Source of the DNA: Octopus vulgaris
Lineage: Eukaryota
Assembly (NCBI GenBank): GCA_951406725.2
Contig: OX597814.1
Coordinates: 103,850,001 to 103,914,000, forward strand
DNA length: 64,000 nt
Reading direction: 5' to 3'
This document shows, piece after piece, positions 62,795 to 64,000 of this stretch (position 1 is the first letter of the stretch; each line of letters begins with the position of its first letter). A program made the translations under genes and the position numbers. The notes under the pieces are model-generated. The model was not told the DNA's origin. It saw nothing but the letters and a program-made list of their open reading frames with translations, and ran no database searches.

Positions 62795-64000
62795 CATAAT
62801 ATATACATTGGGACATTGATATTAAATGTGATGTAATGAATGATTGTGTTTTAAGGCGGCTAGTGTGGGTGGAATCATATTATTGTGTTGAAATGTAGTT
62901 AATTATTCTGTTTGTTTTAGTCTGGGTTAATGAGGTCGTTTTTTCTTAGGATGAGAAAGAAAATCATTTGTATGACCTTGTAAATCTATTTCAACTATGT
63001 GCCAACATTCTCTCTGCCTCTTTCTCTCCCTCTCCTCTTTCTCTCCCTCTCCTCTTTCTCTTCCCTCTCTGTCATTTTAGCAATGTCGTTTATCATAGAC
63101 CAATTAGTGAAGTAATTAATATTTAGCTCTGTCATGGATGCAAGGACCAACCAGCTTGGCTGTTTATGTAAATGATATTTCTGTTACAACTGATCTTATG
63201 CTGAAAGTATTTAGTGTTTTTAAAAAATGACAACTTCAAAAGTTAAAGTTAAAAATTATAATTTTAATTTAAAAACTATAACTAAAAATTATAACTAGTT
63301 AGTTAAAAGTATAACTAATGATAAAGGAACAAAAAGTGATAGACAATATATAAAATATATAAAAAAAATATTAAAAAATAACAATAATAAGGATATAAAT
63401 TATATCATTTTCATGATTATATAAAATATGTGTATATGATGATGGTCATACAACTACCACCACCAACTCTATCATGACTTCTGCCGCCTCCCCTCTTTCT
63501 TTCCAATTTTCAATCTCTACTTTTGGAAAATAGTGACATTTTGTTACTCCATCATCTTGGACATGTTGCCTTGATCATTCCCTCTAGCTCCTCAACACCA
63601 TCACATCTCTCTCTCTCTCATATCATTCCATCCCTTATCACTCTCACTAACCCCTAACACTACTCTTTCTCTTTCCCTTTTATTGTTCTCTTCCTTAACT
63701 CTGAATTTTTCAATCAACACCCTCTAGCAACAACAACAACAACACCTTGCCTTACGGTCATCACCCTTTTTTCTTATTCTTTCTGTCCGAAATGAAAGTT
63801 CTTTAGTTTTGCAATTTATAAGGTGACATTACTAGTGCTGGTACCACAAAAAAGGTACTCTGAACACTTTTTGTAAAATGGTAAGCATTAGGAAGAATAT
63901 CCATCTGTAGAAACCATGCCAAAACAGATATCAGAGCTCAGTGCAGTCCTCTGTTTCATTGGATTTTGTCAAAGCATTTAGTCCCTGCCAGCATGCATGA

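Overview
Eukaryotic, AT-rich, microsatellite-dense DNA. The SINE and LINE repertoire suggests an octopus (coleoid cephalopod) genome; this is inferred from family recognition, not from a search. Only one host-gene piece is supportable: the first coding exon of a UBASH3/Sts-1-family gene at 22322-22437 (+), encoding the start of the UBA domain and ending at a GC|GTAAGT donor. It is apparently followed by a first intron longer than 41 kb. The rest is transposon debris: a decayed ~5.4 kb Neptune-type Penelope-like element (RT + GIY-YIG) bounded by inverted repeats, a second PLE remnant, CR1-like, RTE, R4/Dong and HERO-like LINE pieces, a non-autonomous Helitron, a hAT MITE, a mariner fragment, several tRNA-derived SINE families and minisatellites. 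The most notable pattern is a set of minimal type I hammerhead-ribozyme (HHR) motifs from about eight unrelated repeat families, some with non-canonical cores (U3-A8 covariant UUGAAAA; CUGUNGA). Several lie at or next to the apex of long fold-back palindromes. All structures were folded by eye, family names come from remembered motifs, and boundaries of decayed repeats are approximate. Nearly all supplied ORFs are microsatellite or TE artefacts.
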